Shown here: positions 8,890-17,256 of the stretch, piece after piece
Numbering within the stretch: the first letter of the stretch is position 1
Layout of the letters: the number at the start of each line of letters is the position of its first letter
From: Steroidobacteraceae bacterium
Lineage (GTDB): Bacteria > Pseudomonadota > Gammaproteobacteria > Steroidobacterales > Steroidobacteraceae
NCBI GenBank assembly: GCA_035556135.1
Contig: DATMFO010000002.1
Coordinates: 35,156-99,155, forward strand
Reading direction: 5' to 3'
DNA length: 64,000 bases
Notes under the pieces: generated by a model
What the model was told of the DNA's origin: nothing
Databases searched by the model: none
What the model saw: only the letters and a program-made list of their open reading frames with translations
Translations under genes and position numbers: made by a program

Positions 8890-8957
8890 TGACGACCCCG
8901 CACCGCCCGCGCAGCTGGCAGCGCGGGCAGCCGGCTGTCCGGGGCCAGGTCTGACCG

Positions 8958-9353
8958 TTACTTCTTCTGCCGCCTGGCGACGAATTCCTCGCCGCCCTGG
9001 CCGGCCACGTCGCGCTTGAACTGGATCTCGTCGGCCGAGACGATCTTGCCCTGGTAGGTGATCGCCAGGGCCTGCCCCTGGTAGTCGAGGTTCTCTACGA
9101 AGGTCACGACGTCCTTGTCCACCTTGATGTCGGAGAGCGGGCCCTCGCCCAGGTTCGACTTGGCATGCCCTGTGAGCTTGCCGCCCTCGGTCCTGAACGT
9201 GTACGTGTAGTTCTGGACGCCCACCTGGCTTTCGAACGAGGTGGTCCAGGCGCCGGTGATGTCGGTGGGAGCGGCGGCCAGCGCCCCGACGGCGGCAAGC
9301 CCCAGTGCGGCGGTGACCAGCAGGCCGCGGGCAACAAGACGATAGTGCTGCAT
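8958..9353 (-). CDS. small secreted protein of unknown function
   Basis: Internal ATG at 9353 gives MQHYRLVARGLLVTAALGLAAVGALAAAP, a signal peptide followed by a beta-rich 100-aa domain. The longer ORF to 9563 would overlap tRNA-Ala. Confidence 0.6.
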   Translation of the reverse strand: MQHYRLVARGLLVTAALGLAAVGALAAAPTDITGAWTTSFESQVGVQNYTYTFRTEGGKLTGHAKSNLGEGPLSDIKVDKDVVTFVENLDYQGQALAITYQGKIVSADEIQFKRDVAGQGGEEFVARRQKK

Positions 9354-9473
9354 GGCAATCCCCTGGAAGTCCTGGTGCGCCAGGATGAGACGGGCGCCCG
9401 GGAATGGTACGCCGCAGCCTGTCTCCTTGACAGCTCCCGGAGCGCCGCGTAACGTCGCGGCCCTCCCGCACGT

Positions 9474-9549
<76 letters not shown>

Positions 9550-9589
9550 ATCCCTTCAGGCATTCGCGGGTTCTCCTGTCGCCAGCAGC

Positions 9590-11857
9590 TCAGTTGGCAG
9601 AATCGCGCATGAAGGTGACCGGCTGGTCGATTGGCGTTCCGAACAACGTGGCCTGCACTGTCAGCACGTCAGGACCGCCACCAACCCCGGGCGCCACCGA
9701 GAAGATCACCGGCGAGGTCGGACGGCTGTCGAACACCGCCACGGAGCCGGGGAACCGGCCGTTGTAGCCCGGCGGAACACGGGGCATGGTCATCGCGCCG
9801 GTGAGCGCCCAGTGCGGAACGTCCCGGGTGTTGCCGGCACTTCCGGATGGCGTGCAGTTGCCGGTCTGGCCCGACCGGCGGATGAACGTGCCGCCCGACT
9901 GGGTGCTGTCGTCGTCGATGAAGAAGCAGGCCGCCTGCAAGGTCGGCAGTCCGTTCACACCGCCATGGAAGAATTCCGCCGGACCCTTGTCGAAGGTGAA
10001 CATGCGCAGGTGATCGGCGGAAACCCAGGAGCCAGTCAGTTCGCCGGCAACCGACGGTGGTTCGGTCATGGTCCACACCTCCGTCTTGCTGCCGGCGAGG
10101 GTCGCCCCGCCCGGAGATGCCGCGGGTTTGTTGCCGGTGAAGGTCAGGGAGATCTGGCTGGGCGACCCGCCCGTCTTGACGAAGTTGGTGGCCGTCACGG
10201 CTCCGACGGATGCACCGGCTCCCACTGTTGCTGCAGTCGTGACTGTCGTGTACCCCGGAGCACCGTTGAGGCCGAAGTTGCTGGGGAAGATGCTGGAAGC
10301 CGTGAAGGCCGTGAAGGCAATGGTGCCCGCAACAGGATCGTAGGCGTAGAACCCATGCGCCACGCCGGTCGCGGCAAACACATTGCCCAGTGCCGGTTGC
10401 TGGTTCGGCCCGTTTTCCCCGGGGAAACGCGCGTTGGCCGGATTCGTGGGCGCGGGATCGCAGACCGGGAAGTTGCTTGCCCCTGGCCCGGGCGCGGGCG
10501 GACAGGTGGTCACTCCCGACCAGTTGATGGAGTACAGGAACGAGCCGTCATCGAAGAAGGTCAGGAATTCTCCCGCCCTGGGAGGAATTGTCGGGGGGTC
10601 CGCGGCAAGGTTTGCGAGCGTCGGGTTCGAACGATCGCGGCGGTAGGTTCCTGTCAACCGGCTCTCCACAGCCGGAATCGCACGACAGCGTACGATGCGG
10701 TTGCCGGAAGTCCACCACTGCAGCACGCGAGGGTCGACGAACATCACCAGGCTGCCGGTGGGACCGGTCACGTTGCCGCCCGCCGCACTGATCATGGTGG
10801 TGCGATCGGTTACCAGGCCACTCACGACACAATGATGGCCAGCGGGATGCTGGGTGACCACCAGCTCGTACTGCGACTGTTCATTGGCGGCCAGCTGGGT
10901 CGGGAATGTCCTCACCGTGGAGTTTGAATAGGCCCCCGAGACATCCAGGGTCTGCTCGATTTCGCGGGTGAAGTGGTTCCGGAGTCCCAGCTGCATGCCC
11001 GCCGGGATCGTGCCTGCGGCCGGTGAGCCGTTGTACCCCACCGTCACATTGACAGGGTACGTGCAGCCGGAAACCGTGGCCGTGACGTTGCCGGTCGGCA
11101 CGACAACGTCGTCGGTTGTGTTGAGGTTCTTGCCACCGAAGGTCAGCGTGCTCACCCCCGTAGTCACCGGTGTGAATGTGCAGTAGTTGGTGATGGTCTT
11201 GCCGGCAACCAGCGTGGGGTACGTCGCTGCAATGCCGAACTGGAACAGCGGCAGGTCGGTGCCGCTGTTGAAGAGCGCATCGGCAAAGGTCACCGAGGCC
11301 TGGCCGCTGGCATCCATCTGCGTCACGCCGTCCTCGGTGGTCAGCGTCACCCTGGCGTCAGGGAATCCGGAGAGTGCCGCGGTGTTGACCGTGAGCGAGT
11401 AGCGCGGGACTGTCGGGTCCGGCATGCAGGTCACCACAGGCGGCTGGGCGTTCAGATCGCCCACCGTTCCGCTGGCGCTGGCCACCGTGCAGACCTTCCC
11501 CAGGGGATTCCTGGCCACCGTGATGTTGTAGGGAGTGCCGACGTCGAACGAGCCGAACGAGAAGCTGGACTCGGAGTTGTTGCCGTACCCGTAGAACCTG
11601 CAATCAGACGGAATGCGTTTCGCCGGGTCGTTCGGGAATGCCGGATCGTTGACCAGGCAGCCGGGCGTACCGTCGTACCGGAGCTGCACCGCGCGTGCGG
11701 TACCCAGGCCGACGATCTTCCCGGCAATGAGGCCGCGATCCGGAGGCACCGGCGAATAGGGCTCTTCGCTGACATCCTTGACGGAATCGCAACCCACCAG
11801 CATCGCCACGCAGGACGCGGCGGCCACAAGCTTCGAACAACTGCTCATCGCATTCAT
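9590..11857 (-). CDS. large Cys-rich lipoprotein of unknown function, cotranscribed with the TonB-dependent receptor
   Basis: Lipobox AMLVGC|DS. 755 aa with 12 further Cys and no motif I recognise. Starts 24 nt after the receptor stop. GGAGAG lies before the ATG. Confidence 0.7.
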   Translation of the reverse strand: MNAMSSCSKLVAAASCVAMLVGCDSVKDVSEEPYSPVPPDRGLIAGKIVGLGTARAVQLRYDGTPGCLVNDPAFPNDPAKRIPSDCRFYGYGNNSESSFSFGSFDVGTPYNITVARNPLGKVCTVASASGTVGDLNAQPPVVTCMPDPTVPRYSLTVNTAALSGFPDARVTLTTEDGVTQMDASGQASVTFADALFNSGTDLPLFQFGIAATYPTLVAGKTITNYCTFTPVTTGVSTLTFGGKNLNTTDDVVVPTGNVTATVSGCTYPVNVTVGYNGSPAAGTIPAGMQLGLRNHFTREIEQTLDVSGAYSNSTVRTFPTQLAANEQSQYELVVTQHPAGHHCVVSGLVTDRTTMISAAGGNVTGPTGSLVMFVDPRVLQWWTSGNRIVRCRAIPAVESRLTGTYRRDRSNPTLANLAADPPTIPPRAGEFLTFFDDGSFLYSINWSGVTTCPPAPGPGASNFPVCDPAPTNPANARFPGENGPNQQPALGNVFAATGVAHGFYAYDPVAGTIAFTAFTASSIFPSNFGLNGAPGYTTVTTAATVGAGASVGAVTATNFVKTGGSPSQISLTFTGNKPAASPGGATLAGSKTEVWTMTEPPSVAGELTGSWVSADHLRMFTFDKGPAEFFHGGVNGLPTLQAACFFIDDDSTQSGGTFIRRSGQTGNCTPSGSAGNTRDVPHWALTGAMTMPRVPPGYNGRFPGSVAVFDSRPTSPVIFSVAPGVGGGPDVLTVQATLFGTPIDQPVTFMRDSAN

Positions 11858-11880
11858 GAAACTCTCCCCGAACTCAGCAA

Positions 11881-14800
11881 CTAGAATCTCACCCGCGCGC
11901 CGAAGCGGTAGGAGCGACCCATCGTGTCGTGGTACTGCGCAGAGGCTCCGGACAGGCCGCCACCGGTGAACGGCGGACTCTTGTCGAACAGGTTGTTGAT
12001 CGATCCGAAGACCTGGAACTGCCTCAGGTTGCCTACCTTCAGGTCGAACGAAGAATTCAGGCTGAAGTTGAAGTAGGGCTTGACGTTGTTTTCATCCACG
12101 CTGCCGGCCAGGAACCGCCCGTTGGCATCCTGGTAGTTGGGGCAGCCCAGTTCGGCCTGGCCGGCGTCGCACCAGGTCTTGTCCAGTACGGACGAGCCGA
12201 TGTAGCGCGCCGACAGCGTCGTGGTGAAACCGCCCAGCAGGTACGAGGCGGAGAAGTTCCCGACCCACTTCGGGGTGGCCGAGACGCCTGGAATGAAGAC
12301 GCTGCTGCGGATCTGGCCGACCAGGTCGAGCGGTACATAGCAATTGGTGTCCGCATCACGCGTGCCACCGACAGCTGCGCATTCCGCCACCGTGAGTGCG
12401 GCGTTGCCGGTGCGGGCCTGCGGTGAGACCAGCTGCACACCCGAGGCCTCCAGCGCCCGCGTGCCGCGCAGGTTGATCGACATCGAGCCCGGCAGGCTCT
12501 CGAGCGCGCGGTTCAACGGGAAGTTGTAGTTCCAGGATACGTCCACGCCGCGACTCTGGTACGGCAGGCCGTTGATGGGGCGCGTGGAATTGTAGGAAAT
12601 GATGTCCAGCAGGTTGACGCTGCCGTCCGGGTTCGCGCCGAAGGTGATTTCCCGGCAGGGAAACATCTGCAGGGTCGGATCAAAGTAGTCGTAATCGATC
12701 AGGCCGTTGCGAACCTCGCGGTCAGGGTCGCTCACGCTGCCGTCCTGGTTGAGGCTGCCTGTCCAGCAGCTGTTGACCGGATTGGTGTTGGTCTGCGGCG
12801 TGGTGATGCCGTCCCTGACACGGATGTCGTAGTAGTCGACCGACACGCGCATGCCCTGCGCCCAGCCGCCGGGCGAGAGCACCAGGCCCAGCGTCAGCGT
12901 GTTGCTCTTCTCCGGCTTCAGGTCGGGATTGCCGGTGCGGACTTGCCCCCAGCGCTCCTGGCGGCCCTCGTTGCTGTCCGGGTTCCATTCGCGCCAGGGG
13001 TTCGCGCCCGAGAACTGGTCCGGAATCAGCTGCGTCAGGATGAACAGGTCGCGGTAACCGGCTGCCCGCTGGTCGACCGACCGGGTCACGCGCAGGCGCG
13101 CCCAGTCGAACGGCTCGTACACCGCCTGGATCTTCCAGTTGAATACGTTCTGCCTGGCGCTCTCTCCCGTCGTGCCCTCCGCACCCTTGTTGTGATAGGA
13201 GGTGTAGCGCGCGCCCAGGTTCAGCGAGAGCAGGTTCATGCCCTCCGCGCCACTGACCAGGGGCGCATTCAGCTCCGTGAATGCCTCCGATGTGGTGGAC
13301 GTTCCGCCAAACCCGTCCGACCAGGCACTCGAAAGGTCGGCGCGCTCGTAGTACGAAGCATCCGGATCGGTGGCACGGTTGACCACGCGGTTGCGGCTGA
13401 CCGACACGCCAAAGGCGCCAGATACCGGACCGGCACCAATGCCGTCCATCACGGTGCCGGAAATGTTGAGGTCGAAGTTGGCCAGGTCGTTCCAGCCACT
13501 GGAGATGCTATCGACGAAGGCGTAATCGAGCGCCGCCTGCTGCAGCGCTGCCGCGTCATATGCGTAGGATTCATAGCCCGGGAAGGACGCGTTCGTGGAG
13601 TACGTGCTGCCGAACACGTTCAGCGGCTGGCAGCCATCGGCAAGCGCCTGGAGATCTTCCCGGGCACTGAGCGGACGGCCCAGGTAATCCGCCACGGGCA
13701 GGCCATCGCGTGTAACCCGGCATACCGGCGTGCCGTAGGTCGCCGGATCATAGGGCGTCCCGTCGGGATTCGTGCGGTCATCCACCACCGCGTCGAGCGC
13801 CATCGCCTGGCGCAGGTTCGTGCCCACATTGTGCTGGACCGACCGGCTGACCGTCTTGCCGTACTGGATCGAGGTATCCCAGCGCCAGTCACCGCCAAAG
13901 CGACCACGCAAGCCAACCAGCATGCGCCACGGCTCCTGCACCTGGTCGGTCCACCGGTTTACCTGCGGTGACCAGACCTTGCGCAACGCCGTGAAGCCCG
14001 CGCATGGTGTGGTGCCGTACAAGACGTCGGTGCCCGAGAACGCCCCGCCGCCTGCGCCCGTGCTGCCACCTGCAGTGGACGAGCTCGCGCCAGCCAGCAA
14101 GGTACCGGTGTTCTGGTCAACCCGTGCACCGAATACGTTGCCCGCTGTTCCGAACGCCGACTGCAGTTGCAGCAGTGCTTCCGGAGTCAGGTTGTTGAGG
14201 AAGGCGTAGGCATTGCGGCCCATCGTCGGCAGCACCGCCGGCGTGCCCGGATCCTCGAAGTCCGCCGTCAGGGTGATGTAAGCAAGCACCCACCACTCCT
14301 GCCCGTTGGTGGCAGGGTTGTTCTTGACGTGGATCCAGTGGGGGATGGCGTTTTCGAAGGTATACGTGGGCGGATTGGCCTGTGTCGCCCCGGATGAAGC
14401 GGCGTAGGTTGATCCATTGGCGCCACCGGCAACCCAGTACGGCGCAGCGAATCCGGGGGCGCCCATCACGGTCGGACCCGACCAGCCCAGCCAGGTGCGG
14501 AAGTTCGCGTTCTGGAACTGCTGGCCCGAACTTTCCTGCCACTGGATCAGTGGAGCATTGTTGTTCACCGCGGCGGGAGGGCCGCCCAGGGGGTTGCCCG
14601 GGGCACCCATCGCCCAGTCATCCCACAGCACCGCTACTGCGGCTGTGCCGAGCGGGTGGCCGAGGACCACATCTCCGGCCCTGGCCGTGGCGCCGGGTAC
14701 CGCCGCCACACCAGCGTCCTGGAATCGTGAGCACGCCGTGCCTTCGGTGTAGGTGTTGAGGTTCACCGAATCCGTGCGGGCATAGCTGGCCTGCACGTAC

Positions 14801-15966
14801 GCCGTCGTGCGCTCGGTGAAGTCGTACTCGAAGTTCGAGAAGAACGACTTGCGCTCCGACGACGGCCGCATGACCGTGCCCCAGGTGCTCAGCGGGCTGT
14901 GCGAGCCATCCAGGTACGTGTCGCCGTTCATCGAATCCCTGCCGGTACCGCCCCGGAATCCCAGTGCGTACTCCTCGAGATCCCTGCCGTCCGCGCTGAA
15001 ACGGTAGTCGCTGGTGACAGTGGCGTTGTTCACGTAGATCGTGCCGGTGGGCGAGAACTGGCTGCGACGCACATTGGCCATCTGGAAGCGGGCCGGGAAT
15101 GCCTCGTAGCCCTCCAGCGGAGTGAAATTCAGCGACGGGTCGTTGATGAATCCGGTGTAGTTGTTGAGCATGGCGCGCGACTGGGCGCACCAGGTCCTCG
15201 CCTCGGCGCAGTTGCGGATGGCCGAGGTGTCCTGCCACTCGGCGCCCACCAGCAAATGGCCCTTGCCGTTGAACAGCGGCGTGCCGCCGGACAGCGATAC
15301 GTGCGGGCTGCCGCCATCTCCCGCCTCGTTGACGCCGTAGTCCATGTCCAGGTTCACGCCGGTCAGGCGCCGGTTGAGCACCAGGTTCACCACGCCAGCC
15401 ATGGCGCCGGACCCGTAGGTCGCCGACGCACCGCCGGTGACCACGTCCATGCGCTCCAGCAGGTTGGAGGGGATGATGTTCAGGTCGACCACGTCGGCCT
15501 GGTTGGAGGTGGAGTTCACGCGCCGTCCGTCGATCAGCGTGAGGGTGCGCGAGCCGAACGTGGGGTCGAGGCCACGCAGGTTGGCGATCGTGTTGCCGAT
15601 GAAGAACGAGCCGCGGTCCATGGTCTCCATGCCACCGCCACCGAAGCCGGCCTGGTTGTCGCCCGTCAGCGTGGGCATGTAGGAAGAGATGTTTTGCGGG
15701 ACCAGGAGCGTGAGCGCGTCGGCCACGTTCACGATGCCGAGGCGCGACATCTCCTCCGCTGTCACCGTGGTGACCGGATTGGCCGATGTCACGTTCGGCA
15801 GCTGGATGCGGGTGCCGGTGACCAGGACTTCGGCCAGCTCTTCGTCTTCCTCGTCAGCCGCAGCCGCGGCAGTGGCCTGGAATGAGAAACTTGCCAGCGA
15901 AGCTGTCGCCAGGCAGGCAACAGCCAGCGCGCGCGCAAATGGTGCCGACGCAGCGTAGTTGGACAC
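11881..15966 (-). CDS. TonB-dependent receptor, unusually long (1361 aa)
   Basis: Signal peptide, plug region LAEVLVTGTRIQ...VTAEEMSRLGIVNVADAL...DLNIIPSNLLERMDVVTGGASATYGSGAMAGVVNL, and a C-terminal barrel strand ending YRFGARVRF. GTG start. Confidence 0.9.
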   Translation of the reverse strand: MSNYAASAPFARALAVACLATASLASFSFQATAAAAADEEDEELAEVLVTGTRIQLPNVTSANPVTTVTAEEMSRLGIVNVADALTLLVPQNISSYMPTLTGDNQAGFGGGGMETMDRGSFFIGNTIANLRGLDPTFGSRTLTLIDGRRVNSTSNQADVVDLNIIPSNLLERMDVVTGGASATYGSGAMAGVVNLVLNRRLTGVNLDMDYGVNEAGDGGSPHVSLSGGTPLFNGKGHLLVGAEWQDTSAIRNCAEARTWCAQSRAMLNNYTGFINDPSLNFTPLEGYEAFPARFQMANVRRSQFSPTGTIYVNNATVTSDYRFSADGRDLEEYALGFRGGTGRDSMNGDTYLDGSHSPLSTWGTVMRPSSERKSFFSNFEYDFTERTTAYVQASYARTDSVNLNTYTEGTACSRFQDAGVAAVPGATARAGDVVLGHPLGTAAVAVLWDDWAMGAPGNPLGGPPAAVNNNAPLIQWQESSGQQFQNANFRTWLGWSGPTVMGAPGFAAPYWVAGGANGSTYAASSGATQANPPTYTFENAIPHWIHVKNNPATNGQEWWVLAYITLTADFEDPGTPAVLPTMGRNAYAFLNNLTPEALLQLQSAFGTAGNVFGARVDQNTGTLLAGASSSTAGGSTGAGGGAFSGTDVLYGTTPCAGFTALRKVWSPQVNRWTDQVQEPWRMLVGLRGRFGGDWRWDTSIQYGKTVSRSVQHNVGTNLRQAMALDAVVDDRTNPDGTPYDPATYGTPVCRVTRDGLPVADYLGRPLSAREDLQALADGCQPLNVFGSTYSTNASFPGYESYAYDAAALQQAALDYAFVDSISSGWNDLANFDLNISGTVMDGIGAGPVSGAFGVSVSRNRVVNRATDPDASYYERADLSSAWSDGFGGTSTTSEAFTELNAPLVSGAEGMNLLSLNLGARYTSYHNKGAEGTTGESARQNVFNWKIQAVYEPFDWARLRVTRSVDQRAAGYRDLFILTQLIPDQFSGANPWREWNPDSNEGRQERWGQVRTGNPDLKPEKSNTLTLGLVLSPGGWAQGMRVSVDYYDIRVRDGITTPQTNTNPVNSCWTGSLNQDGSVSDPDREVRNGLIDYDYFDPTLQMFPCREITFGANPDGSVNLLDIISYNSTRPINGLPYQSRGVDVSWNYNFPLNRALESLPGSMSINLRGTRALEASGVQLVSPQARTGNAALTVAECAAVGGTRDADTNCYVPLDLVGQIRSSVFIPGVSATPKWVGNFSASYLLGGFTTTLSARYIGSSVLDKTWCDAGQAELGCPNYQDANGRFLAGSVDENNVKPYFNFSLNSSFDLKVGNLRQFQVFGSINNLFDKSPPFTGGGLSGASAQYHDTMGRSYRFGARVRF

Positions 15967-16258
15967 TGTGATACCCCCCCAATCTCATTGACTGTCTTGT
16001 TGGTGTCACAGCAGGCTTCGCCTCTTGCGGGTGCCTGATGTGCGACAGGGGGCGGAGTATTCGGTGGCGTTTTTCAGGCGGGCAAGTCATAGAGGTCGCC
16101 GAATACGACCCCGTATTGGGGACTTTTTTATGCCTCGCGGAAGTCGCAATTGCAGGAAGCGGAAGGAGAAAGGCGTTTTTTCGCTTTGGTGACCCTGGTT
16201 GCGGACACCTTCAGGAAAAGTGCATCCACGTTATGACTTCGCGTTATCGGTCTGTGCC

Positions 16259-16288
16259 CGCGGCGAAATGAAGCGCGGAGAAATGAAG
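16259..16288. repeat. tandem 15-bp direct repeat CGCGG(C/A)GAAATGAAG x2
   Basis: Read directly in the 465-bp lower-GC intergenic region upstream of the receptor gene. Confidence 0.6.
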
Positions 16289-16390
16289 ATAGAGACGCCG
16301 CATTGCCACGTGCGCCATCGCGAGTAGTTCCGCGCACAGGCGGAATGAGCGTCCAGGCCAGCCGGTAAGCCGGACCTGGTGGGAGACACA

Positions 16391-16422
16391 AGAAGCCCCC
16401 GGCAAATAGCCGGGGACTTCTT
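16391..16422 (-). terminator. hairpin terminator downstream of the SRPBCC gene
   Basis: AGAAGCCCCCGGC-AAATA-GCCGGGGACTTCT lies 10 nt after the stop at 16432. On the minus strand it is followed by CTTCTTGTGT. Confidence 0.5.
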
Positions 16423-16431
16423 CATTGGCGT

Positions 16432-17133
16432 CTAGCGCGCGCCGCCGGGAGCACCCGGAGCGCCCGGGCCGCCGGGTCCGCGCGCCCCGCCCGGGGGACC
16501 ACCAGCGCCACCCGGAGGACCACCCGCACCGCGCGGCGGACCGCCTGCACCACGCGGTGGCAGCGTGCCGCCCTCGGCGAGGATTTTCATGTTGTTCAGC
16601 GCGCCGTCGAACATCTGCTTGCGCTGGGCCTTGTCGCGCTCGCGCGCTGCATCGTCAGCCAGCATCGAGGTGTCCCACAGCAGCGTGTAGACGATCTTCG
16701 ACGTGGTGGCCGTCACGGGCCTGGCTTCCATCGTGCCGTGGTACAGGTTGTAGACCTGGCCTTCGAGCACGGGCTGCGTATAGGTGTAGGACAGCTCGGT
16801 CTTGCCCACCAGGATCTCGCGGCCGACAGAGCGCACGGCACCGACTTCGCCATCCTTGCCGGCAGTGATGGTGCAGGGCACCTGGAACCACTCGCCGATG
16901 TCGCAGAACTTGCCGATGCGCTTCCATACTTCGGCCGCGGGGCGGTTGATCGCGATCTCCATATCGAGTCTGGCGTAGATGGGATTGGCCACCACGGGAT
17001 TGCCGCCAGGCGGCGGACCCCCGGCTCCCGGCCCGGGACCACGCCCGGGGCCCGGCGCCTGCGCAAGGGCCGCCGTCGCGCACAACGCACCGATGGCCAT
17101 GGACAGTGCCGCCTTGCTCAAATGACTTCTCAT
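16432..17133 (-). CDS. secreted SRPBCC (START/polyketide-cyclase-like) protein with Gly/Pro-rich N- and C-terminal extensions
   Basis: ATG at 17133 gives MRSHLSKAALSMAIGALCATAALAQA. The SRPBCC-like core is INRPAAEVWKRIGKFCDIGEWF...YTYTQPVL...LLWDT. The tail is PPRGAGGPPRGAGGPPGGAGGPPGGARGPGGPGAPGAPGGAR. The upstream extension to 17556 was rejected. Confidence 0.7.
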   Translation of the reverse strand: MRSHLSKAALSMAIGALCATAALAQAPGPGRGPGPGAGGPPPGGNPVVANPIYARLDMEIAINRPAAEVWKRIGKFCDIGEWFQVPCTITAGKDGEVGAVRSVGREILVGKTELSYTYTQPVLEGQVYNLYHGTMEARPVTATTSKIVYTLLWDTSMLADDAARERDKAQRKQMFDGALNNMKILAEGGTLPPRGAGGPPRGAGGPPGGAGGPPGGARGPGGPGAPGAPGGAR

Positions 17134-17256
17134 GAACGCTCCTTGAATGGACCCAAAGCTGGAACCGGGACCGGCTGCTGCCGGACGGGGTGGCAATAGT
17201 ACCCAGCCGGGGGTCCCGGGGTGTGAAGTACACTGATTCGTCAGCAAGGAGCAGCC

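Noticed and set aside
8906-8927. Hairpin CCCGCGC-N8-GCGCGGG between gltX and the convergent small gene, as a terminator
   Set aside because: There is no U-run on either strand, so it was not listed as a feature.
16038-16425. Small ORFs in the receptor leader (16038..16271 +, 16128..16391 -, 16231..16425 -)
   Set aside because: No RBS, atypical composition and mutually overlapping frames in a lower-GC non-coding-looking region.
15967-16431. Cobalamin or other known riboswitch upstream of the TonB-dependent receptor
   Set aside because: Reading the minus (coding) strand, I found no B12-box-like GCCACTG core; the nearest match is GCCACCG. No other riboswitch signature was recognisable. The region is kept only as an unclassified structured leader.
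16440-16560. Imperfect short DNA repeats (also 29930-30070) as a CRISPR or VNTR array
   Set aside because: They sit in-frame inside CDS and simply encode the Gly/Pro-rich tails. There is no repeat-spacer architecture, and I saw no cas genes anywhere in the window.
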